This document shows positions 38,001-48,309 of a DNA stretch of 55,040 nucleotides, one piece after another. The notes under the pieces were generated by a model, which saw only the letters and a list, made by a program, of their open reading frames with translations, was not told where the DNA came from and did not search any database. The position numbers and the translations under genes were made by a program. This stretch comes from Prorocentrum cordatum (Eukaryota): the NCBI GenBank assembly GCA_963575745.1, contig CAUYUJ010000189.1, positions 62,001 through 117,040 on the forward strand, in the 5' to 3' direction. How positions within the stretch are numbered: the stretch's first letter is position 1; every line of letters starts with the position of its first letter.

Positions 38001-41000
38001 TGCGGAGCGGAGCGACACGCTACCCGCTTCCAGGGCATGGCATGTCGCCCAGGCCGCCGCCGCGACACGCTAAACAACAGTTCCTGACCGTAGGACTTCC
38101 AGCACACGCCGACACATGATAATCAACCCGCACTCCCCCCTACCTCCCTCAGTTCGCCCGCCTGGCGGTTTGGAAGAATTTGCCCCATCGCGCATGCCTT
38201 GGGTGAAGGGCCTCAGCTCAACGGATCATAGATGGCCGTGCCGTGCGCGGTCGGTCGCTACGAGGCTCCTAGGTCGGAGATGGCCAAGCTTCAGGATGCA
38301 CAGTCAACATCCATAATAAGGACGCGCGCCTTTCTCTAGGGTGCCCTTGGGTCCCTGCCTGCCTCTGCCTCTGCGACCCGTCCTTGGCAGCCACATCGCA
38401 CGGACATGCAAGGATCTTTGACGAATCATTTGGAGGAAGGGGAGGCCAGTCCCCCCCCCCGATTTCCGAAGGCGTAGATTTTTCCCGACTTGTCCCTTCG
38501 GGCTTCGCAGCTTCTTCCCAAAGACCAGCTCCTCACCCCAAGCCGCCTTCTGACGGCCCCCGGGCCCAGAAGCGGCCCTTCCGGAGGTTGAAGACGGCGA
38601 ATACGTATCGTTCCGTGGAATTCTCGAGGACGAGGCGAAACACGCTGTGACACGGAGGCCGTCTCCCTCGACGAGGCAACCGTTGGAAAGCGTTGCACAC
38701 GGCGAAAACGGCGCAGCAGCCGGCGCGATTTTCCATCGAGGCTGCCCACCGGGCCCGCCGGAGGGCTACTGCTCCGTCTATTTCCACGTGCCCAGCGAGA
38801 CGTCGGTGACGAGGACGCTCTTCCTGGGGCGCGCCCGGCACGGCCCCGCCGACGCCGACGAGATCAAGAACTGCGGTGGGGCAGTGGCAGGGCCGCCTAC
38901 GACCTGGTCCGATGCGGTGCGAATCGATTCGCCCGTTGGGTTATGTCGGGCCTGTCCCCCTACAGGGGGTTCTTCGACGAAAAATTAAAGATACCCCCCA
39001 AATACTCCCAAAGGCAAAAAATACAAAAATAGTCCCAGGACTATTTTTGTATTATTTTTGGACTATTTTGGGGGTATTTGTTACTTTTCGTCGAAAATCC
39101 CCCTGTAGGGGGACAGTCCCGACTTACCCGTTGGGGCCGCGATTCCTACTCGATTTGCTTCGAGTCACCGGCATCGGCTGGGGCCAGCCGGAGGGAGCTG
39201 GGCGCGGCGAGCCGATGCCAATGTCGATGCGGGGGCGATTCGTTGGCGGTCCGATCCGCTTTCGATGCGTTTTCGATGTCGCGATCCGATCCATCAGAGC
39301 CCCGAATCATCAGGGGTAACTCGGGTCAGGGATAACTCGGGTTCGTTTTTCGGGAATCCAAACCCGAGTTACCCCGGACCCGAGTTACCCCGGATAACTC
39401 GGGCGCCCAAATCCAGCTCAGGCCCGAAGGGTGCCAGGAGGAGCAGGAGGGCAGGCTCGAAGGGACGTCGATCTCCAGGATGGAAGGGGGCGACGTGGGA
39501 AGTGGAGGGGAAGACAGTGGACAACTCTTTTCGGGTGTTGCTAGGAGTGCCCCTGGCCCAAAGTGCCCCTAGCTTTTCGTTCAATTTTGGAGCCCCTGGG
39601 GCCCCCTGGGCCTCGTGAGGGGTGCTCTGGAGGCCGCCTGGGCCGCCCCGAGAATCCTGGGGGCACCTTGGGCCAGGGGCACTTCGATAGGGGAACAAAA
39701 AGTGGCATAAACATACAAACTCGGAGGTCCGCGCGGATTCCTCGGATCGGCGCTGGACCCGGCGCCGGAGGCGCCGCCGGGGGGCCCCAGCGCCGATCCG
39801 AGAAATCCGCGCGGACCTCCGAGTTGCTACGCTTATGGCGTTTTTCGTTCCCCTCTTCTAGCAGCACCCGATCTTTGGGCTCCTCGGATCTGTGTCCACT
39901 CCCGTGGGCCTCCCTGGGTCACTGGCGTGTGGGCTGGCGGGGTGTTCCGGCACCTCGGAGCAGCCTGGGCGGCCGAGCGCGGGGCTGCCCGCGGCCACTG
40001 CCGCAGAGGCCTGAGCGACGTGCCCCACTGGCCCTGGGCGGGAGCGGGCGGGCGGCAGTGGGAAGGGTCGGGAGGAGGAGGAGGAGGAGGAGGAGGAGGC
40101 GGCGGAGGAGGAGGAGGAGAAGGAGGAGGAGGAGGAGGGATGGGGTCCTGAGGGATGGGGTTAGGGGGACGAAGAATAACATGAGCACAAGAGCTCGGAG
40201 GTCCGCGCGGATTTCTGGGATCCGCGCTGGCCCCCCTCATGTCTCTGTTTCTTTTCCTATGGGAAGGGTCGGTGGTTCAAACATGGGGTCCTGAGGGATG
40301 GGGTCTTGAGATTATGGTGGTCCAACACGCTTTGGCCTCGATGGCCAGGACTACGGTCGAGCACCAAGGGGAGTAGTTACCGAACCTGGAGGGCCGTCGG
40401 GCGTCGGGCCCTGGGAGGCGATGCTCGTGCTGCACTCGGGCAGCATGTCGGACAGACACTGCTTTGCTACTTTTTTGGGGGACCCTTAGGGCGAAGGACC
40501 CCAACTTTGAACCACCGGGCGAGGGGGGGCGGGAGAAGCTGCTCAGCCACGCGCAGAGGGGGGTATGGGGGAGGGGGGAGCGCTTCTTAGAGGCACTCCC
40601 GCCTCTCAGAAGGCGCGGGCCTTGCCTGCAGATGCAAGGCCGCCACCGATCAAGGAGCGGCTTGCCTCTCGGAAGCAGTCCCGCCCTCCCCCCCCTGCCC
40701 CCTTTGTGCGCGTCGCCAGGGTGTCGGGGGGCGCGGGAGGAGCGGGGCGCGCGAGGCCCAGGGACAGCCGCGAGGCGAGGCTGCGAGCAAGGGGCAGCCG
40801 TGCCAGGGCGGGCCCTCGGCCGGGGGAGAGGCGTGTCCGAGATGTGCGTCCTGACGAACGAGATCGACAAGGCCGCGGGGGAGGCACGGTGCAGAGCTTG
40901 GCATCGCTCGGACGTGTGCATTTTTTCTCGGCGAGCACCATCGAGGACCATCCTGGACCATCGAGCAACAAAAAACACGCACGAAACCGAAACGTGCACG

Positions 41001-41609
41001 GGAAACGGGCGTCCGAGCGACGGCAAGAGAGGGGGTTGCTGCCTCCAGGCAGCTCCTGGGAATTCGAGTCACGCCTCGAGGGAAGGGAGGGCCGACGCAG
41101 TCAGGCGGAGGGCGGGGCGACGGGGACGGACTGACTTGGTGCGAGAGGGAGTGAGGGGAGGCGGAGGAGTATACTGAGGAGGAGAGGGGGAGTAGGAGGG
41201 TGAGAAGGATAATGGAGGAAGGGGGGGAGTATACTGAGGAGGATGGAGGAAGGAGTAATGGAGTGACTGGAGGGGAAGGCAGGCGAGAGAGAGAGAGAGA
41301 GGAGGGAGGCAAGGCGAAGGAGGGATGAGGGAGGAGGACGGAGGAGCGACGAGGCAGAAGCGAAAGGCGAGGAGGAAGGACGGAGGCGGAAGGAGCGGAG
41401 GAGCAGGAGTGAGCGTGTAGGGAAACGACTCCGTCGTATAATGCCTCGGCAACCCCAAGCCGCGCAGCTGGCGTCAGAAAGGCACGCCCCGCTCCTCTCA
41501 GTGCAGAAAGGATGCAACTCTGGTCTGCGCCCTCCGCGCCGCACCTTTAACCAGCGCGAAAGGGTTGCCCAGTGGCTCGGGAACAAAACAACTGCAGGGG
41601 AAGGAAGAG

Positions 41610-41661
<52 letters not shown>

Positions 41662-42577
41662 GAGCAGTGCAGCAGCAGCAAGCAGTGCAGCAACCACAGA
41701 GTGCGCGCGGCGAGGGCTTTGGATCTGCTGCGGCAGCCCGCCGCCGCGGCGTCCTGGAAGCTCACCCGACGGAGCAGGGCGGCAGACGACCGAGCGCCTG
41801 CGCCTCGACACGCCGCCGGCAGGGCAGAGCATGGTGAGCGCGTCCGGCCACCGTACGGCGCCCTCCAGAGGGCGATGCACGGCCGCACGCTCCCCCCACC
41901 GAACTGTGAGCTCGGCAACCCACCACGAAGCTGAATCGTGAAAGAACCTCTCGGATTCCCTTCGATCGGCCTTGGCCCCCCCAAACGACAGGGAGAGGGG
42001 TCCAGCGCAGATCCAAGAGTTCCTCGCGGAGCTCCGAAAGTTTATGGGTACAACTTTTCCTCTTCCTCTATTGGAGTCGCCCCAGCCCCTGTGACGGATG
42101 CCGATCAGCGCGTTTGGGAAAGGACCGAACTTCGAATCGATTGTAATATTCCATTCTCCACCATTTCCCCCCTGCACAGTCGCTCTGGACGCTGGGCTCG
42201 TCGTCCTCCTCGTCCTGCTCCTCCTACCTTTCAGGAGGGAAAAAAACACAGACACAATTAATCGTCGATTCCCCCGAAACTATTGGAAACTATGGGAAGT
42301 GTGGGGGAAGACGAAAACCCAGAAAATATTGAAACATATGGGGAATCCTGGAATTTGTGTGTATTCATATGTGTGTGTGTATGTGTCCCTTGGCACCCTC
42401 AACCTTCTCCTGCCTCGTGCTCCTCATTGTTCTCCCTCCACACTCTTCGTCGTCCTCGCCTTTGCCATCATCCTTCCCCCTGCTCGCTCTCCTCCCTCCC
42501 TCCTTCTCCATCCCGCCTCGCTTTCGTCGTTGTCGTCGTCGGCGTCGTCATCGTCGTCGTCGTCGTCCTCGTTGGCT

Positions 42578-42651
<74 letters not shown>

Positions 42652-45600
42652 CCCCCCTTCTCTTTTTCTCCCAGTCCTCCTCGTGTTTCGACTCCTTCCC
42701 TGCGGCTGCCCCCTCGGGGCGCAGCCGCACGCTCCGGGCCGCTGCTTCTCCCTCCGCAGTGGGGAGCCTGCCGCCCGCCGAATCTCGGCTGGCCTTTCGA
42801 GGCGCGGGGGCGTCGATCCCCCTCGGCAGGGGAGGATCGAGGAGGATGGGGATCGACGATCAAGGAGCATCGAGGAGAGTCGAGGATCGAGGATCGCTGA
42901 TCGAGGATCGAAGGATTGAGGATCGAAGCTCGAGGATTTGGGATTGAGGTGGATCACTCGCGCGTCGGTGACCACGGAGGGGAGGCTCGAGGATTGAGGT
43001 GGTACAGGTACCAATACTGTTATGTCGGGCCTGTCCCCCTACAGGGGGATTTTCGACGAAAAATTAAAAATACGCCAGAAATAGCCGAAAAATAGCCCAA
43101 ACATGGTCTGGGGACTATGTTTTGAATATATTTTTGCCTTTTTGACCATTTTGGGGGTATTTTTCATTTTTCTTCGAAAATCCGCCTGTAGGGGGACACG
43201 CCCGACATAACAATACTGCTACCCCTCCTGCGTTTTCCCCTTATGGGCCTCCTGGGCGGCCCTCATCGCCACCGCTGCATTCGCCTCTAAAATCTGGCCA
43301 GAACGCACCCCGTGAGATGTCCTGGATTAGCGGTGTCGGTATTTTTGGGGTTTGTCCCACAGAATCCCTCCCTCGCCGTCCTGGTCGAGCGCTGGCCTTG
43401 GCAACTCCCGACGTCAGGCCACCGGCAGCATAGTCATCGGCGTGGACGGCCTCAAAGCCTTGCCCTCAGGCTTGCAGGACGCGCGGGGAACACCAGCTCC
43501 GGCCTCGTCCTCCCATCCCTGGCCTCGTCCCACAGTTCGTCATCCTCGTCTTCCTCTCAGACCTCTTCTCGGCCTCTCTCTTCTTGTCCTCGTCGTCCTC
43601 CTCGCCGTCCTCACCCTCGTCCAGCTGCTTCTGCTGCTGGTGCTCCTCTTTCTCCTCTCCGCTTCTCTCTCTAGCTCTCTCTTTTCCTCTCCTCTCCTCT
43701 CCTCTCCTCTCCTCTCCTCTCCAGTCCTCTCCTCCCCTCTCCTCTCCTCTCCTCTCCTCTCCTCTCCTCTCCTTTCCTATACAAGTCCAGAAGGTGTTAC
43801 ACCGTCTCCGCGTAATGCTTTTCACACAGGATTTCATTATTAGGTCTTTGCTATGTTTTCTAGCATTCCGAATTTGCTTGTTTTCAAAACCGTGCTTTTG
43901 CTGCAGTGTTGGCCTCATTTTCAAATCGGTGGTTTGCTCCCGTCGTTCAGAATGTGGCGCTTTCGCCTCAGCGTGGGCCACTTTTCTGGATCTAGGTGTC
44001 GCAGGTCTCACATGTCGCACAGGTCCGAGAGGCCTTACAGGTCCCAGAAGTCTCACAGGTGTCGCAGGTCTCACAGGTCCCACAGAGGTCCCCCAGGTCC
44101 CACAGCTCTCGTAGGTCCCGCGGGTGCCACAGCTCTCACAGGTTTGGCAGGTCTCGCAGGTCCTGAATTTCCCACAGGTCCCACAGGTATCGCAGGTCTC
44201 ACATGCTGCACAGGCCGAAAAGGTCCCCCAGGTCGCACAGGTCCCGCAAGTCCCGCAGGTCCCGAAGGCCCCACAGGTCCACAGCTCGCACCTGCCCCAC
44301 AGGCCACAGGTTCCACAGGCCAGGCCATTGAAGTCCCACATGTTCCACAGGTCCCACAGATAGCACAAGTCCCACCAATCCCATCTGCCACACAGGTCAC
44401 ACAGGTCAGGCTATGAGACGCGTCCGCGTATAGAAGGGACGGGAAGGAGGGATATGATGTCAGATGTGGCGCGAGCGCACCTAGCTTGCCACTCGTCTTC
44501 TCTCTCTCTCTCTCTCTCTCTCCTTTTCTCTCCTCTCCTCTCCTCTCCTCTCCTCTCCTCTCCTCTCCTTTGCTCTTCCTCCTCTCCCCTCCCCTCCCCT
44601 CCCCTCCCCTCTCCTCTCCTCTCCTCTCCTCTCCTCTCCTCTCCTCTCCTCTCCTCTCCTCTCCTCTCCTCTCCTCTCCTCCAGACGAGTTATCGAAGTA
44701 TTGGAAAGGCCATGCCCGATTCTGCTGACCCTGAAGGGGGCTCAGGAGGCTCCTCGAAGGCTGCGAGGGCAGGCCGTTGATGATCCCAGAACGGCTCGAA
44801 GAGCACCTCGAGAATTGAGCAGAACACTGTGCCACCTCTGTCTAGAGGACTTTCGGTCCATCCCGTCACCACCGTGCCTGGGTGGTGGACAAGAGTCCTT
44901 TTGAAGTGCAGAGGCCTCTTGGAGGGCTCTTGGGTTCCTCTTGGGGGCCTCCTTGGGGCCTCTTTGGGGCCTATTGGGGCCTCTTGGGGGCCTCTGGTAG
45001 CTCGCTTGGGGGCTCCAGGACCATGTTGGGGCCAAGGGCTTGAAATGCCAGTTCGTGTTTCCCTTCTCAGGCCTTTTGATGGACCCTACTGGGCCGTCTT
45101 GGGGGCCTGTTGGTCCCTCTTGGGCCATCTTGGGGCCTTCTTTGGGGCCTCTTGGGCCGTCTTGGGGCGATCTTCGGGTCCTCTTGGACAAACAAATCTT
45201 GCAAACACCAGAGGAAATCAATAACTCCACGTCTTGGGCCGTTTTGGGGCCATCTTAGGCGCTTTTGACTTAAAAAGCCGAAAGAGGGTCAAACTCCAGA
45301 AGATAATTTTCCTCTCCCACTCTCACTTCCAAGCAGCACCAAGTCACGCCGCGCACCTCTAGTTTGGTGGTAGTACGCGAGTCAGTCCCCCCGCCGCATC
45401 GCACTGCCAAGCCGCGGGATTCCCAGATACCGTCCCACACTACCTTCGGCATTGTGCCAGGATTATTTGGTACCATGCAGGGACAACTTGAGTCGCACTG
45501 GAATGCGATAGAGTTTTGGGGAGATCGGTGGGCATGAGGATCGTTTGCTGGCGCACGAGGTCACGGTCACGCTTCCCGCGAGCATGTTGGTATTGCTGGG

Positions 45601-47583
45601 CTCCCATTTGGAAGCGAGGGTGGTCGAGCGCGAGGTTGGCTTTCCTTCTTTTAGTTTTGCGCTCGAGCCCGGACGAAGTCATCTGAGGCGCCGTGGGCCA
45701 GCTCGGAGACCTCCTGGGCCGCCTTGGAGCCTTCTTGGGCCGTCTTGATGCCCATCCTCGGCCGCGCTCGGACGCTCACGAGGCCATCTTACCTGGGCGT
45801 CTTGGCCTCGGTCGACGCCGGGCATGTGCAGGTCGCCGCTGGGGGCCGGCGTCGGCTCCGCCCCCCCCGACGCCGCGGCGTCTGCTCCACGCGGGGCCCT
45901 GCCGCGGAAGGCCGACGAGGAGGAGGAGGAGGAGGAGGAGGAGGGAGGAGGAGGAGTGAGGAGGAGGGGGGGGGAAGGAGGAGGAGGAGGAGGAGGGAGG
46001 GGAGAGGAGGACGGGAGGAGGAGGAGGAGGAGGAGGAGGAGGAGGAGGAGGAGGAGGAGGAGGAGGACGAGGAGGAGGAGGATGAGGGCTCGAGGGAGCA
46101 GCGTGCCTTCTGCTGAGCTCGGATCCGGCTACGGCGCGAGAGAGGGCTCGGGAGAGCCGCGCGCGCGCTCGGTGGCATCCCGCGGCGCCGATCGCGGATG
46201 TCGTCGGCGAGGCTCTTCGAGCGATGCGCGCAACACCCCCCCCTGGGGGCTGTGCCCCCTTCTTCAGGAAAGGAAGCAACACACAGACACAGTTCATCGT
46301 CCACTCCCAGGAAAATATGGGAAAGTAGCGGAAGTGGGGGGGCAGACGAACACCCAGAAGATCACGGAAAATATGGAGGACCCTGGGCTTTGTGTCTACT
46401 CTTAATTCGGGCCTGTCCCCCTACAGGGGGATTTTCGACGAAAAATAAAAAATACCCCACAAACAGTCAAACAATAGTCCTAAAATAGTCTGGGCCGCTT
46501 GGCCCCCCCCACCCCGCATTTCGTGGGCTCCGCGCGGACCTTCTTGGGGTCGGCGCCCGGCCCGTTTCGGCGCCCTCTCTGTTGGGCCTCCGGGCGCCGC
46601 TCGGCGACACGACTGGACTCTGTTCGAAACAGTGATCGCCACGCCTCCCAGCCTCCTCCTCTTCCCTCCTCCTCCTCCTCCTCCTCCTCCTCCTCCTCCT
46701 CCTCCTCCTCCTCCTCCTCCTCCTCCTCCTCTCTCCTCTCTCCTCTCTCCTCCTCCTCCTCCTCCTCTTCCTCCTCTTCCTCCTCCTCCTCCTCCTTCTC
46801 CTCCTCCTCCTCCTCCTCCTCCTCCTTCCTGTGAAGCGTGTCCGGGTCCTGGAGGATTCTCGTGTGCTCGACTGTGCGGGCTTCGGAGACAGCTCTGGAC
46901 GGCCCAAGGTGCCACCCGGGCAGGCCCGATATACGGCCTAGGAGGTCCTCGAGGCAGCCCTACGCCTCCCCTAAGACGGCCCTTGAGGGATCCCCCTAAA
47001 CGGCCCAAGGTGCACCCAAAAAAGGCCCAAGACGGCACCACGCCGCCTCTAAGATGGGGAAAGCGCCACGCCGCCCCTAAGACGACCTCGAGACGTCTTG
47101 AAGGATCCCCCTAGACGGCCCAAGGTGCACCCCCAATAGGCCCAAGACGGCGGCTAGATGGGGAAATCCAAGGGGGAAACATTTCTGGATGAACAAAAGC
47201 TGTCTTGGGGAAGTCCCGGGGTGCGCAGGAGCCGCTTCCCTTAGGGCCGTCTCCCTCATACCAGGAAGAGGAGGAGGGGGAGGAGGACGAGGAGGAGGAG
47301 GAGGAGGAGTAGGAGGAGGAGGAGGAGGAGGAGCAGGAGGAGGAAGTGGAGGAGGAGGAGGAGGAGGAGAAGGAGGAGTAGGAGGAGGAGGATGAGGAGC
47401 AGGAGGAGGAAGTGGAAGAGGAGGAGGAGGAGGAGGAGGAGGAGGAGGAGGAGGAGGAGGTGGTGGCGGAGGTCCTGAAGACAGTGGCGTATGAGCCAGA
47501 CCCATGCAGCGTCTAAGGTCCTCAGCTCGCCGCACGTGGTAGAGACCAGGACCAAGCTGAAGTTGGCGCCGCTCACAACTTGA
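20941..47583 (+). CDS. Spliced gene, coiled-coil + MATH/TRAF-domain protein, about 237 aa; join(20941-21090,22179-22267,22432-22477,23998-24107,32679-32739,38764-38875,40831-40871,43418-43456,47518-47583)
   Basis: Phase-consistent join reads MRRPNH...KRALFE|EEFRELQHALEGERAEVAALQKSLGELFM|RNACEEYLNKLERRIQ|VIENKEVDTVQWRIENVEQVRSKHVKGQFLASPEFSA|CGLGGFRFHFYPRGDDFCDE|GYCSVYFHVPSETSVTRTLFLGRARHGPADADEIKNCG|VSEMCVLTNEIDK|ATGSIVIGVDGLK|VLSSPHVVETRTKLKLAPLTT*. The motifs WRIEN, SPEF, FxFHFYPRG and GYCSVY match the MATH pattern. All acceptors are AG|G; donors are GA, GA, GC, GT, GC, GT, GC, GC. Confidence 0.8.
21654..21840. mobile_element. MITE, 187 bp, long TIR, 5-bp TSD GCTTT
   Basis: TCGAGTTGGGGATCGACTACATACTTGATTTACCCC.. 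/ ..GGGGTAAATCAATTCTGTGGTCGATCCCTTACTCGA; GCTTT at 21649-21653 and 21841-21845. Confidence 0.88.
21964..22143. mobile_element. MITE, 180 bp, termini TTGGACG..CGCCCAA, 5-bp TSD CGTTT
   Basis: TIR ttggacgcgatagaacgggggg / ccccccgtgatttcgcgcccaa; CGTTT at 21959-21963 and 22144-22148. Confidence 0.8.
22179..22267 (+). CDS. MATH gene exon 2 (coiled coil)
   Basis: ag|GAG GAG TTC...TTC ATG AG|ga; heptad-like EEFRELQHALEGERAEVAALQKSLGELFM. Boundary may slide by 3 nt in the GAG run. Confidence 0.8.
22268..22431 (+). mobile_element. Intron 2 = TIR element with 5-bp TSD GAGGA (Introner candidate)
   Basis: Inverted repeats 22273-22310 / 22389-22425 (about 31/38 matches); GAGGA at 22265-22269 and 22429-22433 overlaps both splice sites. 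Confidence 0.7.
22432..22477 (+). CDS. MATH gene exon 3
   Basis: ag|G AAC GCT...ATC CAG|gc; (R)NACEEYLNKLERRIQ. Confidence 0.8.
22798..23025 (+). mobile_element. CGATT-rich dispersed element, copy 2
   Basis: Similar to 8712-8925; CA..TG ends flanked by CAGGGA on both sides. Confidence 0.7.
23998..24107 (+). CDS. MATH gene exon 4 (start of MATH domain)
   Basis: cag|GTG ATT...TCC GC|gt; VIENKEVDTVQWRIENVEQVRSKHVKGQFLASPEFS. Confidence 0.88.
24160..24750. repeat. (GAT)n microsatellite
   Basis: Direct reading. Confidence 0.95.
25070..25710 (-). repeat. Diverged ~84-bp tandem family, reverse orientation (interrupted)
   Basis: gaatgtgcggcgc..ggcgagagc..accctccatcc is the reverse complement of the 33300-33770 unit. 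Confidence 0.65.
28800..29830 (+). repeat. Two ~10-bp satellite blocks (GGGCCTCCTG)n at 28800-28940 and 29530-29830
   Basis: Direct reading. Confidence 0.8.
30820..32150. repeat. Degenerate (GAT)n grading into (GCT)n and (GAG)n
   Basis: Direct reading. Confidence 0.9.
32679..32739 (+). CDS. MATH gene exon 5
   Basis: cag|G TGT GGT...GAC GAG|gc; CGLGGFRFHFYPRGDDFCDE. Confidence 0.88.
33300..33770 (+). repeat. Diverged ~84-bp tandem repeat, about 5.5 copies
   Basis: g(c/t)agca recurs at 33391, ~33474, 33563, 33646, 33726. Confidence 0.8.
34203..34860 (+). repeat. Young 91-bp tandem repeat, about 7 near-identical copies
   Basis: Unit GCGTGGCAGGCGAGGCACTTTCTCGACACCAGAAGGGGG...; the ORF track repeats every 91 bp. 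Confidence 0.95.
36409..36583. mobile_element. MITE, 175 bp, termini TTGGGCG..CGCCCAA, 5-bp TSD GGGTT
   Basis: ttgggcgttgcgtaatgggggggtcgtaaatgggggg / ccccccatttatgacccccccattaagccacgcccaa; GGGTT at 36404-36408 and 36584-36588. Confidence 0.85.
38764..38875 (+). CDS. MATH gene exon 6
   Basis: gag|GGC TAC TGC...TGC G|gt; GYCSVYFHVPSETSVTRTLFLGRARHGPADADEIKNC. Confidence 0.87.
38941..39127. mobile_element. MITE, 187 bp, 8-bp TSD CCGTTGGG
   Basis: Long TIR TTATGTCGGGCCTGTCCCCCTACAGGGGG..; TSD at 38933-38940 and 39128-39135. Confidence 0.92.
39294..39410. mobile_element. MITE, 117 bp, ~50-bp TIR with GTAACTCGGG subrepeats, 5-bp TSD ATCCA
   Basis: ATCCA at 39289-39293 and 39411-39415; right end CGCCCAA. 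Confidence 0.82.
39688..39855. mobile_element. Fold-back MITE, 168 bp; deleted second copy at ~40162-40259
   Basis: aactcggaggtccgcgcggatt.ctcggatcggcgctgg / ccagcgccgatccgag.aatccgcgcggacctccgagtt; flanks TTCGA/TTCTA (4 of 5 match). Confidence 0.8.
40543..40719. mobile_element. MITE, 177 bp, same family as 47804-47964
   Basis: gccacgcgcagaggggg..cccctttgtgcgcgt; TSD degenerate. Confidence 0.7.
40831..40871 (+). CDS. MATH gene exon 7
   Basis: gag|GC GTG TCC...GAC AAG|gc; (G)VSEMCVLTNEIDK; phase matches exon 6. Confidence 0.78.
42231..42401. mobile_element. MITE-like element, 171 bp, 5-bp TSD ACCTT; truncated copy at 46264-46400
   Basis: Ends TCAGG..CCTCA; ACCTT at 42226-42230 and 42402-42406; the second copy aligns by eye. 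Confidence 0.72.
43020..43210. mobile_element. MITE, 191 bp, 8-bp TSD CAATACTG (same family as 38941-39127)
   Basis: TTATGTCGGG..CCCGACATAA; TSD at 43012-43019 and 43211-43218. Confidence 0.93.
43418..43456 (+). CDS. MATH gene exon 8 (last beta-strand)
   Basis: cag|GCC ACC...CTC AAA|gc; ATGSIVIGVDGLK. An alternative in-frame GA donor lies after 43477. Confidence 0.75.
43995..44410 (+). repeat. 9-bp satellite (CAGGTCCCA)n between (CTCCT)n tracts at 43685-43772 and 44525-44682
   Basis: Direct reading. Confidence 0.9.
46402..46494. mobile_element. Left half of the 8-bp-TSD MITE family
   Basis: ttaattcgggcctgtccccctacagggggattttcgacgaaaaat. Confidence 0.85.
47518..47583 (+). CDS. MATH gene terminal exon 9
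   Basis: aag|GTC CTC...ACT TGA; VLSSPHVVETRTKLKLAPLTT*. Confidence 0.65.
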   Translation, partial: VLSSPHVVETRTKLKLAPLTT

Positions 47584-47803
47584 GATCGCGGTACGCTGAC
47601 TATTCATCTTCGTGGGCGGAAGACATATCTGTATCCACGGCCTCGCAGGCTGGGCCCCTGGGCAGGGACCCCGTGGATACGGGGCGTTCTTTCGCGGATG
47701 CCCCGCGCGGGACGCATCCACGCGACAGCTTGCCCTCGTGATCGCGTCCCGGAGTCCAGACCGACGGCGTGGATGTGGACACGTTCGCCGCTCGTGACAT
47801 CTA

Positions 47804-47964
47804 TCGGCCACGCGCAGAGGGGGGTAGGGTGAGGGGGGGAAGGCTTCTTCGAAGCACCCCTGCTTCTTAGAAGGCGCATGCTTTGTCTGTAGATGTAGGA
47901 CGGGTTCCTTCTAAGAAACAGCCTCCTTCTGCGAAGCCCTCCCCCCTCCTGTGCGCGCCACCAA
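47804..47964. mobile_element. MITE, 161 bp, 5-bp TSD ATCTA
   Basis: tcggccacgcgcagagg / cctgtgcgcgccaccaa; ATCTA at 47799-47803 and 47965-47969. Confidence 0.78.
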
Positions 47965-48309
47965 ATCTAGCTGGACGTCGGGGGTGCCGCCACGGTGCGG
48001 CGCTGCACAAAGCAGCCGCCGCGCGCGAGCAGCACCTGCGCGGCCGCCGCCGCGCCCGAGCTGCCCCTCTGCGCGGCGGCCTGCGGCGGCGGTCTCGGGG
48101 CCGAAACGGCCCCGCCCTCCCCGCGGACCGGCCGAGCTTGCCGCGCGTCGCGCCGCGGCAGCCTCCGTCTCGCCGGGGTCTCCTCGGCCCTCGGTCTTCC
48201 TCGGGGCCTCGGGGCCGAAACGGCCCCGCCCCCGCCCCCTCCCCGCGGACCGACCCAGCGTGTCGCGCTCCGTCTCGCCGGGATCTCCTCCGCCCTCGGT
48301 CCTCGGGGC

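Noticed and set aside
43853..44416. Collagen-like Gly-X-Y and CxxC-rich ORFs
   Set aside because: Produced by a 9-bp satellite that is open in several frames on both strands.
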